In this document: piece by piece, positions 41,625-54,288 of the stretch
Layout: every line of letters begins with the position of its first letter
Numbering within the stretch: position 1 is the first letter of the stretch
Source of the DNA: Epiperipatus broadwayi
Taxonomy: Eukaryota > Animalia > Onychophora
Length of the DNA: 64,000 bases
NCBI GenBank assembly: GCA_028023455.1
Contig: JAQFVV010000002.1
Span: forward strand, 3,720,001 to 3,784,000
Direction of reading: 5' to 3'
Made by a program: the position numbers and the translations under genes
The notes under the pieces: generated by a model
The model's input: only the letters and a program-made list of their open reading frames with translations
What the model was told of the DNA's origin: nothing
The model's database searches: none

Positions 41625-41724
41625 GCATTGGTGGTCGAGAGGTCAACGCGACTGCCTTGCACTTGCAGGCAGTTGCCCGGGTTGCGGGTTCGCGTCCCGG
41701 CCGATGCTATGACACTTAAAAAAA
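41625..41724 (+). mobile_element. tRNA-Gly-derived SINE copy (same subfamily as 4398-4508)
   Basis: gcattggtggtcgagaggtcaacgcgactgcc...gcagttgcccgggttgcgggttcgcgtcccggccgatgctatgacac followed by an A-rich tail. Confidence 0.85.
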
Positions 41725-42572
41725 TAATAATAATGATTATCTCTATTCCAGTTATAAATTTTAAACATCAATTTGTCTTTATCAAATAACTTTCTTCCTA
41801 TGTTTTAAGAGTGTGTAGTGAAGTGTAGGTTTTAAGATTATCTTTTTTAAAAAAAACTAATAGACTTTAAGAACAAACACATTAATCACATTTGAAAACC
41901 CTTACTGTTCTAAAACTGGCCTAAAATATATATTTTAATTTTTTTTAGAAATATAAATAAATTGTCGGTATAATATTTTGTTAGAGGAAACAAGAATGGG
42001 GTCCTGCCTTGTGACTGTAGATTGCCAATTACTGCATTAAATCTTTCTTGATATATTGAAAGCAATATATATAAAGAATGATATTAAAGTCATATTAAAT
42101 CACTTGGATCTTACTGTCTTCTAGAATGACTATATTTTGAGCATGTTTGGATAAATTGATTATCTTTGAATAACAATATAAAAATTCAATAATTATACTT
42201 AATAATGTATTCGGTAGCATCAAATTTATTTAAATTCCGATGGAGAGATCCATCTTGATATGTCCTTAAAACAAATCTTTATAATCTTAACTCAGAAAGA
42301 CTGCAGAACATAGTGGCATATCTGAAAAACTTTAAAACATTGTTACATCTATTGCCATTTTTTTTTAGAAATAGAAGAGTCTATGAAGTTGAGTCATATG
42401 ATCATAAAAATAATTATTTTGTTTCAATTTATAAAATAAATGAAAATAAAAAATTGTTGCAATTATAGTGAATAATTTTATTTGTTATAACAAAAACATT
42501 TTATTGAATAAATTTGTCCAATCTTAGATGAACTGTTACTATAGACTAAGAATCATTATAAGGAATTTAAAC

Positions 42573-42856
42573 CAATAAACATCACATGATCACTACTTCT
42601 TATGCTTGCTTATAACTGTTATTAAAATAGGCAAAACTCTCTATACGTTTTGTCACTCAGTGCAAGCAAGATGAAGGCCACAAGCACTGATGAAGGCCAC
42701 AAGCACTGATGAAGATCACAAGCCAGAAACTAGTCTGGGGATATTGGGTGAATAAGCACTAGATGGGGATTTTTTGCACAAGCCTTCTGGCATCCATTGT
42801 TTACTCTGGCTTGCACTGAGTGGCAATATGAATAGAGAGTTTTGCCTGTTTTTATA
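42573..42856. mobile_element. Family H inverted rearrangement with triplicated 5' half of the hammerhead
   Basis: 42623-42667 pairs with 42809-42854. A 20-bp unit (ct)gatgaaggccacaagca is repeated before ctgatgaagatcacaagccagaaactagtctgggg (42707-42740). Confidence 0.8.
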
Positions 42857-43595
42857 AGGAATATAGAAATATTACATGTTTTTTTTTTTTTTGTTAGATA
42901 AGCAAAAAAAAAAAAGATTTAGTCAAATAGCTAACTAACTTTATACATATCTTTGTAAATATCTGATTGTCTATGATAAATTTATTCATACAATACATCT
43001 AATTATTAATATTAAAATTAGTGGTAGTCAGTAATGTGTTCTAGATCTACACGTATTCACTTTAATAAATAGCCATCATCAAAATTGTTTATAATTAATT
43101 ATATATTTTAAAGGTATGGTGTAAGAATATTTGACTTGATTTATAATACTTTTGTGAAATAAAACATACCCAATTAAGAAAAAATAATTAATTTAAATGT
43201 TAATTAATTTTTAAAATTTTTTTATGCCAGTGATGTAAGTACATATAGACACATATATAATTCAGAAAAATAAATCAATTACAACATTAATTAATTAAAA
43301 GAAAACCTTTTGCCAAATGCAGGTGTATAATTAGAAAATACCATTCCATTGTAGTTTATGAAAGTCATAAGAATTACAATCCACTGCAGAAAAAAGTATT
43401 TTGCTAGAATAAAAAAGAAACCTAACAATAAGCAGTAGAAAGTAATATATTCGTAAGTAAAGAACAGAGGTTGATCAAGTGCATTACTGCAAAAAAGGAA
43501 GTGATTTCAATGGAGTTATCCTTTACAAATTTTTCAAACACAAATAGGCATTATAGGAACAGTATTATTTTTATATACCCCTTTAAATATTTTTT

Positions 43596-44653
43596 AATGT
43601 ATAAATATATAAAATGCACTAAAATTCACAACACACAAAACTGAAGATAAAGAAATCTTAATATTGGAGATTGATATAAACTAAATATATGTATCCAAGT
43701 ATATGGCTAAGTGCTTTCGAGGTCCAAGGACCTCATATTCATGGCCATCTCATAAATAAATAGATGGGTTAAGAACGATGCAAATTTATGTAAATGAGAT
43801 AATTAAGTATTCCATTTCCTGAAGATCTTGAGTCTTTTCTGTTTAAAGGTTGTTATTTTTAGCGATAAAGTAAGCTCCTTTATTTTTCTTTTAAGACCAT
43901 GTTGCTCTTTGCAAACAACCACTGAGACTTTAGGCTGGGAATCATGACCATCTGAGCTGCAGTGCTGCATAAAAACTGAACTACAAGAAAGGTCTGTTAG
44001 TGTTTTATTATATGAGTATGTGTGTTGAGATAGCCAAGTGGATAGAGAGGCCGGCCCTGGTCTCCCCAAATTTGATGCCATACAATGTGTTTCAGGGCAG
44101 GCAATACTGTAAACTACTTGAGGTGTCAGTGAGGATGGTAATCTGTCTTTAGTATTATTAAATAATTTGTGTGAATTGGGGGGAGGGTGAAAACATTATT
44201 ACTGAATATGTTATGAAATTTTCTATGCACATTAGGCAGATAAGGAAGTAGAAGCCTTTGTTTGTCTATGTTAGTGGTGTAGTTATTTATTTTGGAGTAA
44301 AAATGCCTTATTTTCCTATCAATTAGATTAGGACTAAAGCCAGCTGATCTTGATAAAAAAATAAAGGAAGCTTACTTTATCATTAAAGATAACTCTATAA
44401 ACAGAAAAGACTTGTTATAAGACCTCCAGGAAATGGAATACTTAACTACCTCATTTACATAAATTTACATTGCTCTTAACCATCCTATTTATTTACAAGA
44501 TGGCTATAAATATGAGGATCTTGGTCCTCAAAAGCACTTAGCCACATACTTGGATACATGTATTTAGTTTATATCAATCTACAGTATTAAGATGTCTTTA
44601 TCTTCAGCTTTGTGTGTTTGTGCGTTTTAGCGCATTTTATATATTTATACATT
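43596..44653. mobile_element. Foldback element / large MITE with ~300-bp imperfect TIRs
   Basis: 43596-~43895 is the reverse complement of ~44350-44653 (e.g. gtatccaagtatatggctaagtgcttt / aaagcacttagccacatacttggatac). No TSD seen. Confidence 0.75.
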
Positions 44654-46319
44654 GGAATGATTAGCCATAATGTTTAAACTTTTTGTTCATTTAAATATTT
44701 TTGTAGATTTATTTTAATTTAAACAAAGAAAATTGAAGAATTTTATCTATGCAGGCAACCAGAGTTAACTTTACCTTTGATATTGCTAAGAAAGTATCAA
44801 TTACTAAGTGACAGTACTCAGGCTGAACAAGTTTTTTTCTAATAATTATTATAGTTGCTTTGTACTGAATTTAAGTAGAAAAAATAAGCTCTCCATATAA
44901 AACATTACTAGAGAAAACATTAGTTTCAGGATTGTCAATTGAAAATTAAAAGTTTTTTTACTAATATAAAAAGGTAACTTTAGCTCTCATTGCTTGCATG
45001 GAGATAATAACTTAATTTCCATTGCTTATATATTATAACCTCAAAAAAGTGATGGGGATGATAAACTAATAACCAACATCAAGCTAAGCTCAGGGTTCCC
45101 TGTTAATATGATCTATGCCAATAATAAAAAGAGCCATATGGGTGATAATGACAATGATAATAATTATTAAACATTACGAATAACTATAATTAAAAATCAA
45201 TTTTAAAAGGAGGAGAATCCTCAACTTACTTCTACAAACTGCAAAAGCTCTCAATATTTACAGCTACACCACAGAATAGTTAGGTTATAATACAATATTT
45301 TCCTCATAATAAAATTTATTTTATTATTCCCTCCCCCCTCCAATCTATAATTATACATCTCATAATTACTATTCCAACATCTTATTGTCATGATCAGATT
45401 CACAATTCAAGATTTAGATAAAAATAATCATGTTCTTTAAATTTTATTTGTCAATTTATGTCATTCAGCTTAAAATATAGTTTCTTCTTCTTATTGAATT
45501 ATGATATTAAGATCTCAGGGTTCATTATAAATATTTTAGTATAAAATTTTGCAGTCTTTTATTTTACTTATAAGTTGAAAATCAGATGAATAGTATCTTA
45601 GTAAAAGATGTGAGGAGACATAGTGTCTACATGCTATGCAATAATAATAATAATGATTATGATGAGTTTTAACAGAAAAATATTTTAATTAAAATCAGAT
45701 GCATAGAAACTTAATTTTAAATAGTATAACATTCTCCTACAATATTCTTTGAATACAAAGAGTGGAAATGGGATTTTATGGTCACTCAGAATATTCCCTT
45801 AGTAATTCTAGACCAATTTTTTTAAATGCAGCAGATAATATGCTATTATGATAGCATTTTACTTTAAAATAATTTTAGTTAAATTATAGTGATCATTAAG
45901 ATCTTAAGAAAATAATAAATATTTTATTTCTTAGATGCATTCTCAACATCTGTAATTCATAATAACTAAATGCTTTATTATCTTTAATTTATATGAATGT
46001 ATCTTGAATAATTAGAATGAAATTTTACTACATCATGAATTATACAATGTTTAGATTTCTGAGTAAATGATTTGTGAATAAGTTACCATAACATTTATTT
46101 ACAATAAAACAATTTAACAACAATAACACTGTAGAAAATCCACAAAATTTAAGTTCACAGTTTAATTATAATACAATCCATTTTGCATCATTAGAGAAAT
46201 ACACTTTCAAAGTTTGTAGTTTAAATTTATAAAAAAAAAATTAATAAATTAAATGTTACCTACCTCATGAATACAGATAATGTTATAAGAAGTTTCGTCT
46301 TTATTAACCAATAAAATAT

Positions 46320-46580
46320 AAATTACTATTGGTATTATTATTAAAAAAACCTTCTATATCTTCCTAAATGATAAAGTTTTATTAACATAAGTATTATTAT
46401 GCAAGTTTTATGCTCTCCTGCATGATAAAGTTTTTTATTAACATAAACATTATTTCACAAATTCTATATTTTCTTAACCTGTAAAAATTTTATTAACCCA
46501 TGCATTGTTTTAATAATTCTATAGCTTTCTAACTAATGAAAATTTTATTTAACCTATGAATTATTTAAAGAAGTTCTCCA
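46320..46580. repeat. Degenerate minisatellite, ~55-58-bp unit, about 4 copies
   Basis: (g)ataaagttttattaac-like blocks at ~46369, 46422, 46481 and 46537. Confidence 0.65.
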
Positions 46581-46899
46581 TTTGCATACAATCACACCAT
46601 AATATTGTCCCAAAGAATGATTAAATTTAAATATTATTCATGTTTTACCAATCCAACAATGACTTGGTACTGGACAATGATTTATGTTAAGAATTATAAT
46701 TTTGAAATTTTGAATAAAGTAATTATTGGTTTTATTTTTTATAATGTTGGGAAAAAAACATAGCAGAATAGGTTTATACATCAGGGCCATCTAAGAGTAA
46801 TTAAATGTGCATCTAAAGAAAAGAAGACACTCTCCAAAAACAAACAACATATCAATTGCCATAATAATGAAGATATATAATACACCATACATGGTTACA

Positions 46900-48050
46900 A
46901 TACAAAAATATAATACTTTTGAGAGGAAAAAATTAACAATATAATGAACCTAGTGGTGGCATTGATCCAAAATACACACATTCTGAAAGCAAATAAATAC
47001 GCTAGGACTTTGTCTCTGAGCATATGAGAAGAGTGGGAGTGGACCATCACAAATACTAGGAACAATAAAAGTTACCACAAATAAAGCATTTATACAAACA
47101 AGAAATAGAAAGATACATACCATTCATGGAAAATATGATTAATGAGAGAGAGATCAGACTAACATCTCTTTATAAAATATATGGTATATCTAAATCAATA
47201 CAACCAGGAAAGAGGAAGAAAAAATATGAAGTTGACACAGTAGTGAAAGATCTGGCAAAAAATTGTGTGTATGATAGTTTTTTAAAAATAATTTGGGATA
47301 GCTATTTTGAAAAGAAAAAAAAGCTAACAGCAATTACTAAAAAATCTAATTATAATTAGAAATATAATGATATATAAAACTGTTGTTGATCAGTGTAAAG
47401 ATTTTATTATAAAAGTTTAGGAAAGTAGGAAAAAAGATGTATTTAAGATATCTGGATTTTAAAAGCAAAGTGAGTAAATAAAAAAACCCAACTATAATCA
47501 TATATTATGATATTACTATTTTTTATGGGGTAGAAATGTAAATACAGGATTTAGCATTATAAATATGGAGGAACCAAGATCCATTTGAGGAATATAGCTA
47601 TTTTAAAAATGAAAATTATAAAATCTATGCAAACATGTGGTATGAAAATGTTAATAGAGATAGGCATATTGTTTATATCAAAACTGTAGTGAACCAACTT
47701 TTAACAGAAAGAAAGTAAAATTCAGTAGTCATTTTTTTTTACTTAAAAGCAGTTAATGCCATTATAAGGTAAAGAAGAAGTTAATATACTTGTCAAAGAA
47801 AAAAATAAAATTAGAAAATTATGATTGTATATAACAAAAAGTAATGTAAAATCTTTAATTGGTACAATCAGTTTCCAAATAGAATGTGTGTTAGAAATTG
47901 TCAAAAAGCATGGGTTATATTTTAATAGAAGACCATGTGTTAGTATTGGAATTATTACACAAAGAATATCCAGGTGTGGTCAGAGCAAAGGCTTTAGCAT
48001 GGAACTAAATTTTTTAGGCAAACATAAATCTAGATGTTAAAAAAATTATA
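46900..48050 (+). pseudogene. Decayed Ty3/Gypsy-like pol remnant
   Basis: Fragments EVDTVVKDLAKNCV, KKLTAITKKSNY, GKEEVNIL and TKSNVKSLIGTISF occur in the order expected for Gypsy RT and connection motifs. Many stops and frameshifts. Confidence 0.4.
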
Positions 48051-51000
48051 AAATGATGTCATGTCAGATGAAAGTGAACTTATTAGTAAGAAAAACATAT
48101 ATGGACAAATTCTATTTAATGTGGTAATGCATCATATTGGCAAACATATAGTGGAGTATAGAGTTGTTAAAAACATATCACCATTTTGAAACTAAGGTAA
48201 ATATTTTCTTACCAGGGATTTCTTATGTTGTGTGCATCAGAAAATGAAAATAAATTCAGGTTAATACATTTGTGCATACCATCCTACCATCTTGAATTGA
48301 ATAAGTTAGTTAAAAAATTAGCATAATGGCTTAAAATTCATTAAATAAGGTAAATAACAAATAACCAACACATAATTAAAATAATTTTAATGTGTCTTTA
48401 TGTTATATTTATAACAGGTAAACCATCTGCAGAATCTCTTTTGTAGTGGAGGGCTAAAATCTAAAAGATCTCTTTGGGATAAAACAGGAAACAAGAATTA
48501 AACCTGAATGTAATTTTGGGATTGGTAAGTTTGACTTCAGGATTTATTAGACAATAGCCATTGTAAAAAGAAATTTTGTATAATTATTAACTTCTTTTAT
48601 GTATTTTTTTTTATTAAATACAATGTATGCTATTTTTATAATTATTTTTATTTTATTTTATATATCCTCATTTAGATTCAAAACATTTCTTATTTCTTAC
48701 TGAATTAATTCACAATGTGAAAACAAATGTCTTTTTGTAATATTATTATCCTTTTTCCTAATTCTCTATCTTCTATGCACTGATTGTTATTATTGAATAT
48801 AATTAATATTTTTATTTATTTATTCTTTTGTTTATACAATAGTAGAAACAATATGTTGCATTGATTAAAGTAAAAATGAGAGAAATTATTAATAATATTT
48901 TAAAATAAAAATTAATACATAAAAAATTAATCTTGCTTTAAAAAGGAAATCATTTGTATAAAGACAAAACAGTCAAAAAGAATAATGAATGAGAAATAAA
49001 CCAAGAAAAATAAAAATTAACTCCTAAAGAAAGAACAAACTAAGTGAAGATTGTAAAAGTCAATAAGATGTTGCATGGTCAACTAGAATGTCACAAGATC
49101 AACAAGGAGAAAATGCAGAAATAGCAGTAGATAATGGAATGACATTGTATAGAAGATATGGAACAGAATTAGAACTAAAAATACCAGTGAGAAGGTACCA
49201 CATTAGAAAAATATCTTAATATTTTAGTAATTATGTTTTTACTTCAGAGAAAAATATTCTGTAGGGAAGATTTTTATATAAAAGCATATGTGCATGTGGA
49301 TACTGTCTGTGTGTAAATATAATTCATAAAAAGTTATTTAATTAAAAAAAATCTTCCATTAAAATGCAGTTGTTTAATTACAAAACAATAATTTGTTGTT
49401 ATTTTTAAAGAAATCATTAAAATTCATTTATAAAAATAGGGTGCTGAATGAATAAAAGGGAACATAATAAGAAACAGAGAGAAATGATCTAGCAACAGAA
49501 GGCTGAGATTGACCAAATATATTATTAGAGGAAGATAAATGAATTATAAGACAGACTAGGAACTATGAACATGTTGAAACTTTCATTATTATTACATACA
49601 CCTTCAGATGTATATTGTGTAACTCATTGATATATTAGTAATTGTATGTATACACTCCTCAGCTAAATTGAGAATTTTTGCTCATTTAAGAATGAATCCA
49701 AAAATCTTAGCACATAATTTTGCTTAAAATACATATGACAACAACAAATCATATAAATGAATAATTTATCTCATCTACTATTATATATAAATATCTGTTA
49801 GTTAAAATATTTGACAAGTTATTGTTTTATTTGGTCTGGAGGAAACTGTTCATAATTGACGAGTAATAGATTTATATTTTGAACTAAGGATATGTCAAAT
49901 AAGTTATGATTATGATTATTTTCTAATTCAAAAAAATCTTGAATTTTTGTAGTATTCTGAACACAATCCATAAAAAAGTTTTGCTAGCAATAATGATCAA
50001 AATAATTTAGAACGTATATATATATATTCAGCTATAATAGAAAAAATATATTAAATAATCTTAATCATTAACTTGAATAATTATCATTGTAAAATGGATT
50101 TAAATTAATATACCTAGATGTTGAAATGCATAACAGATCCAAAACTTTTAGTTTTACATTTAATAAGTTTAAAGATATGATATTTTGTCAGAATATTTAA
50201 CTACTTCAACAAAAATAGTTGCATATAAGAATGATTTTAGTTCAATTTTTTGTATGAAAGTGAAATATGTTGACTTTCTATCAACATAATTTAAAAACAA
50301 TGAATGAAAAATATTTTATAATATTCTGCATTATTCTGAATATATTACATTCATGAGATCAATTATTCCATTCTTAAGATGGTGTGATTAATACTGAGCT
50401 CACAACTGCAAGCAATATTTATATTGCAAAGCATGCAAAATGTAATAGAAATGCTACAAATTCAGAGTGAACATGATTTTTGTAAAAGATGAACATGGCA
50501 TTAACATTATAAAAATTCAATTTGAAGACTCCATTGATGCAATAACAATTGCCTTCATTGAAAGAATATGGATGAGAACAAAATGGAATGGAGGTCTATA
50601 AATAATCAAAAAATTGATGTTATTTTTAAAAAACCTATGTTGAAGAAAATATTACAAGATTTCAACTAAACAGAATAAATCTCCATTATGTGATAATATT
50701 TTTAATTTTTGTATTGCAGTTACTGTAAAACCCATAGTTAATATTTTATTCTCTGTCTTTCTCTTTTTTGAATTTATAACATTGACAATTGCTTATAAAT
50801 AATGATTTATTGAGACAAAGATGCTAAATGTGAATACATTCTTATAAAATAATACATATGAATCTATTAAGTAAAAAAAGTAAATATTTTTATCAGTTAT
50901 AATTTTAATAATTATACACATTTTTTTCTTTTTATAAAACCAATATAAAGCAATATAAAGATAAAAAAAACTATATATAAGAAAATAAAATATTTATTTC

Positions 51001-51369
51001 AAATGCAACATAAAAAGCAGAATATGTTTTAGAAAAATAACTCATATATATATATTAGAAGAAAGAGACTGGGTTGACAACCGAGTATGATTGGAATTTT
51101 ACTCTAATTAATGTTATTTTCAGATTAGCTATCATTGTACAAGTTAGAAAACAATTGTCAAATTCTTTCATTTTAAACTTACAAAAAAAATTCTGACCCT
51201 ATAGTGTTGAGCATATAATATAAATAACATTTGGAAAGTATGTGACTGATTTTATTTTATATATGTGCAATGCTTTAATAATCAAAAATTAAGGCCAAAA
51301 ACACTACTATAGTAGCATTTACTAGTTTAATAAAATATTTGTAAAAATAATAATATAGCATTAAAGTGA

Positions 51370-51742
51370 ATCATCATCATCAACATCAAACAATATCAAT
51401 CCACTGCAGGATTAAGGTCTCTTCAAGTTCAATCCATCTCCTCCGATCTTTAGCTTCTCTTCTCCACATCACCCCTGCACACTTTCTTATTTCATCCATC
51501 CAGCTCACTTGTGGTTTCTTTCTGGGTCTTTTACAATCTCTTGGAATCCAGTTTAAGATTTCAGTTGTCCATCTATTATTATCTCTTCTAGCAATATGTC
51601 CAGCCCAACCCCACTTCAGTCTAATTTTTTTAATGAGATCAGTAACACCTGTTTGTTCTCTTACCCATATATTGTGTTTTCAATCTATTCTTGTTACTTC
51701 CAACATGCATCTCTCCATACTTCTTTGAGTGGTCTGAAGTTT
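51370..51742 (-). mobile_element. 3' fragment of the RTE-type LINE
   Basis: Reverse complement of ~61588-61960, with scattered substitutions and a (GAT)n tail. Confidence 0.92.
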
Positions 51743-52273
51743 TTTTGAGTGGTTATTAATAAAATATATATAAAATTATTTATTAAAAAAAAAAAGGTTG
51801 TTATTATGCTATGAATAGTGATTTTAATATAGAAAAAAATACTATAATATATTGCTTTAAATTATGTATCTGTTAAAACACAAACTATAGCATTTCTATT
51901 AATGTTTTTCTAGTTAAACTACATATATTTGAAACAATTTAAAAATAAAGATAAAAAAATCTTTTTTATTAAATGCTTTTATTTACTGTGTGCTAAAAAA
52001 AAAAAAAAAGTTTCTTCAACTGCAATTGGGGCTCTTAGATTTAATTTGAAATAAAAAGCATATATTATTTGGCAAAATACTAAAATTATATATGTTACAT
52101 ATTTTCATATATTAATTAAGTTGTAAACAAAAAAATATGTGAATAATTTTAATGTAATAACTAGAGACACATGTCTAATAATGGTCATATTAATTAACCC
52201 ACCATTTAAAATTGAAATAGTATCTAACAATAACTTTTTGTGTGAGTTTGCTTAGAAAGAAAATGTGGTTCAC

Positions 52274-52866
52274 TATTCATAACAAATAAAAATCTTCCAC
52301 CATTCTTTTTTAAAAAATATATAGTCAATACATATCATTCATTAATCAATAAATCTTCACCATAATCTTTTTAAAAACTTTTATTTTCATCATATATATT
52401 TAAAATCCTTTCAAATTCTTCATATTCCAACATTTCGATTGTTTTTAATTACAATCATTTTCAAGGCAAAACTACAAAATACACAGAAATAATTGAATAA
52501 ATAAAAATACAAATACATCTTATAACTCTACATAAATACCAAAAATTGTATTATAATAATTTAAAAATAAATAATCATACAAATTATACCATTAAATAAT
52601 ACATTTACATTCTATTATCTTATCCAATTTTTTAAAATAACTCCTATTACAAATTAATACTATAAACAATAATAAAAATAACCAATAAAACAATTTAAAC
52701 ATTACCTATAAACTTCTATTTTATTTATATCATATTATATTTTATCTTTTACCAATGCCATTTTACCAATTCCATTCCAAATAAATACCTTAAATCATTT
52801 AAATATACCCTTATTTAAATACTTTCATAGTACTTTTAAACACATTGTTTAATACATTCCTTTTAA
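52274..52866 (-). repeat. PLE 3' pseudo-LTR (copy A)
   Basis: Matches 55865-56457; the one difference I found is 52432 A vs 56023 G. Confidence 0.93.
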
Positions 52867-52871
52867 CACAT

Positions 52872-54272
52872 CTATATACCATTTATTTTATTGAACACTG
52901 GATTTAATTTTTTTATATAATTACATTCTTTAATTATTCTTTCTTTATAATTCCTAACCTTTTCTATCATTTTAATGCTAAAATTCCTATGGCTATATTT
53001 TTCTCTATGAATAAAAACACTAGAATTCTTATCTTTTAAATGTTGTTTAAATCTAGTTCTTAATGTATTCTTAGTTGTTCCCACATATGATACATTATTT
53101 CCTTCTTTTTTACAATTTTCACAGACAATAATATATATCCCATTCATTTTATCTAGTTCACACTTTATACCATTATTATTTATTAAATTCCCCAAACTAC
53201 ATTTTTTCTTATATACAGGTTTAACTAATAAATCAATCTTATATTTATATTTTAAATTAATATTTTTCATAATTTTTTTAATTTCTTTAAAAACCTCTTT
53301 TGATACATTATAACTATTATAAATTACTTTATTATCTATATTATGACTAATATTTTTATTATAATTATTTTTTCCTATTATATAATGATTATTACAATTT
53401 TTCCTTATTATTTTACTAATATTTTTCTTATTAAATAAATTATAAATAATTTTTTCCGGATATTCATTCTTTAAAAATTCTATTTTAATTTTATTTAATT
53501 CATTATTCAAACCTACATTATTAGAACACAAATTAACTGCTCTATTAATTCTATTATTTATAATATTAATCTTATGTTCATATTCAAAATCTGAATACCA
53601 ATTACTAAGCAACCCATGAAAAGTATTTTTTCTAAATACTACTGTGTCAATTTTTGTAAATCCATTATCATAATATTTTTTTATATTTACATCCATGTAA
53701 TTAATCATATTATTATCTTCTTTTTGTATAGTAAATTTAATATTATCTTCAATTGAATTAATATATCTACAGAAATTCACTCCTTTACTATTATTTCCAT
53801 TAAAAATAAGAAAATAATCATCTATATATCTTACCCACCAAATAGCTTTAAATTTAGTCTCTTCAAAATATAAATTTTCAAAATTGCTCATATATATATT
53901 AGCCATTAAACCACTAAGACTATTCCCCATGCTTAAACCACTATTTTGTTTGTAAAAATTATCTTTGTATTTAAAAACAATGTCTTTACAACATGCATCA
54001 AAAATTTTAATTAGTAAACTATATTCAATGTTAAAACTTTTCTCTCTATCTTCACTATACATTTTTAATATTATATCTAAAGCTCTTTCTGGTTCAATAT
54101 TGGTATACATACTTTCAATATCTAATTTAATAAAATATATATTCTTATATTTATTACTTGTATTTAAAAACTCATTTAATTTAATCACAAATTCCTTAGA
54201 ATTTTTAACATTATGATAACTCTCATTATATCCATATTTTTTAAAAATCTTATTATATAACCATTTTGACAA
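52872..54272 (-). CDS. PLE reverse transcriptase core + GIY-YIG endonuclease
   Basis: KLDIESMYTNI, YKQNSGLSMGNSLSGLMANIYM, WVRYIDDYF, GIYIIVCENC...YVGTTKNTLRTRFKQH. Confidence 0.93.
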   Translation of the reverse strand: MSKWLYNKIFKKYGYNESYHNVKNSKEFVIKLNEFLNTSNKYKNIYFIKLDIESMYTNIEPERALDIILKMYSEDREKSFNIEYSLLIKIFDACCKDIVFKYKDNFYKQNSGLSMGNSLSGLMANIYMSNFENLYFEETKFKAIWWVRYIDDYFLIFNGNNSKGVNFCRYINSIEDNIKFTIQKEDNNMINYMDVNIKKYYDNGFTKIDTVVFRKNTFHGLLSNWYSDFEYEHKINIINNRINRAVNLCSNNVGLNNELNKIKIEFLKNEYPEKIIYNLFNKKNISKIIRKNCNNHYIIGKNNYNKNISHNIDNKVIYNSYNVSKEVFKEIKKIMKNINLKYKYKIDLLVKPVYKKKCSLGNLINNNGIKCELDKMNGIYIIVCENCKKEGNNVSYVGTTKNTLRTRFKQHLKDKNSSVFIHREKYSHRNFSIKMIEKVRNYKERIIKECNYIKKLNPVFNKINGI

Positions 54273-54288
54273 ACTATCATAATATGCT

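Noticed and set aside
42667-42726. CRISPR-like short direct repeats
   Set aside because: Contiguous 20-bp duplications with no unique spacers, in a eukaryotic context without cas genes.
53965-54216. Plus-strand 83-aa ORF
   Set aside because: Antisense shadow of the PLE RT ORF.
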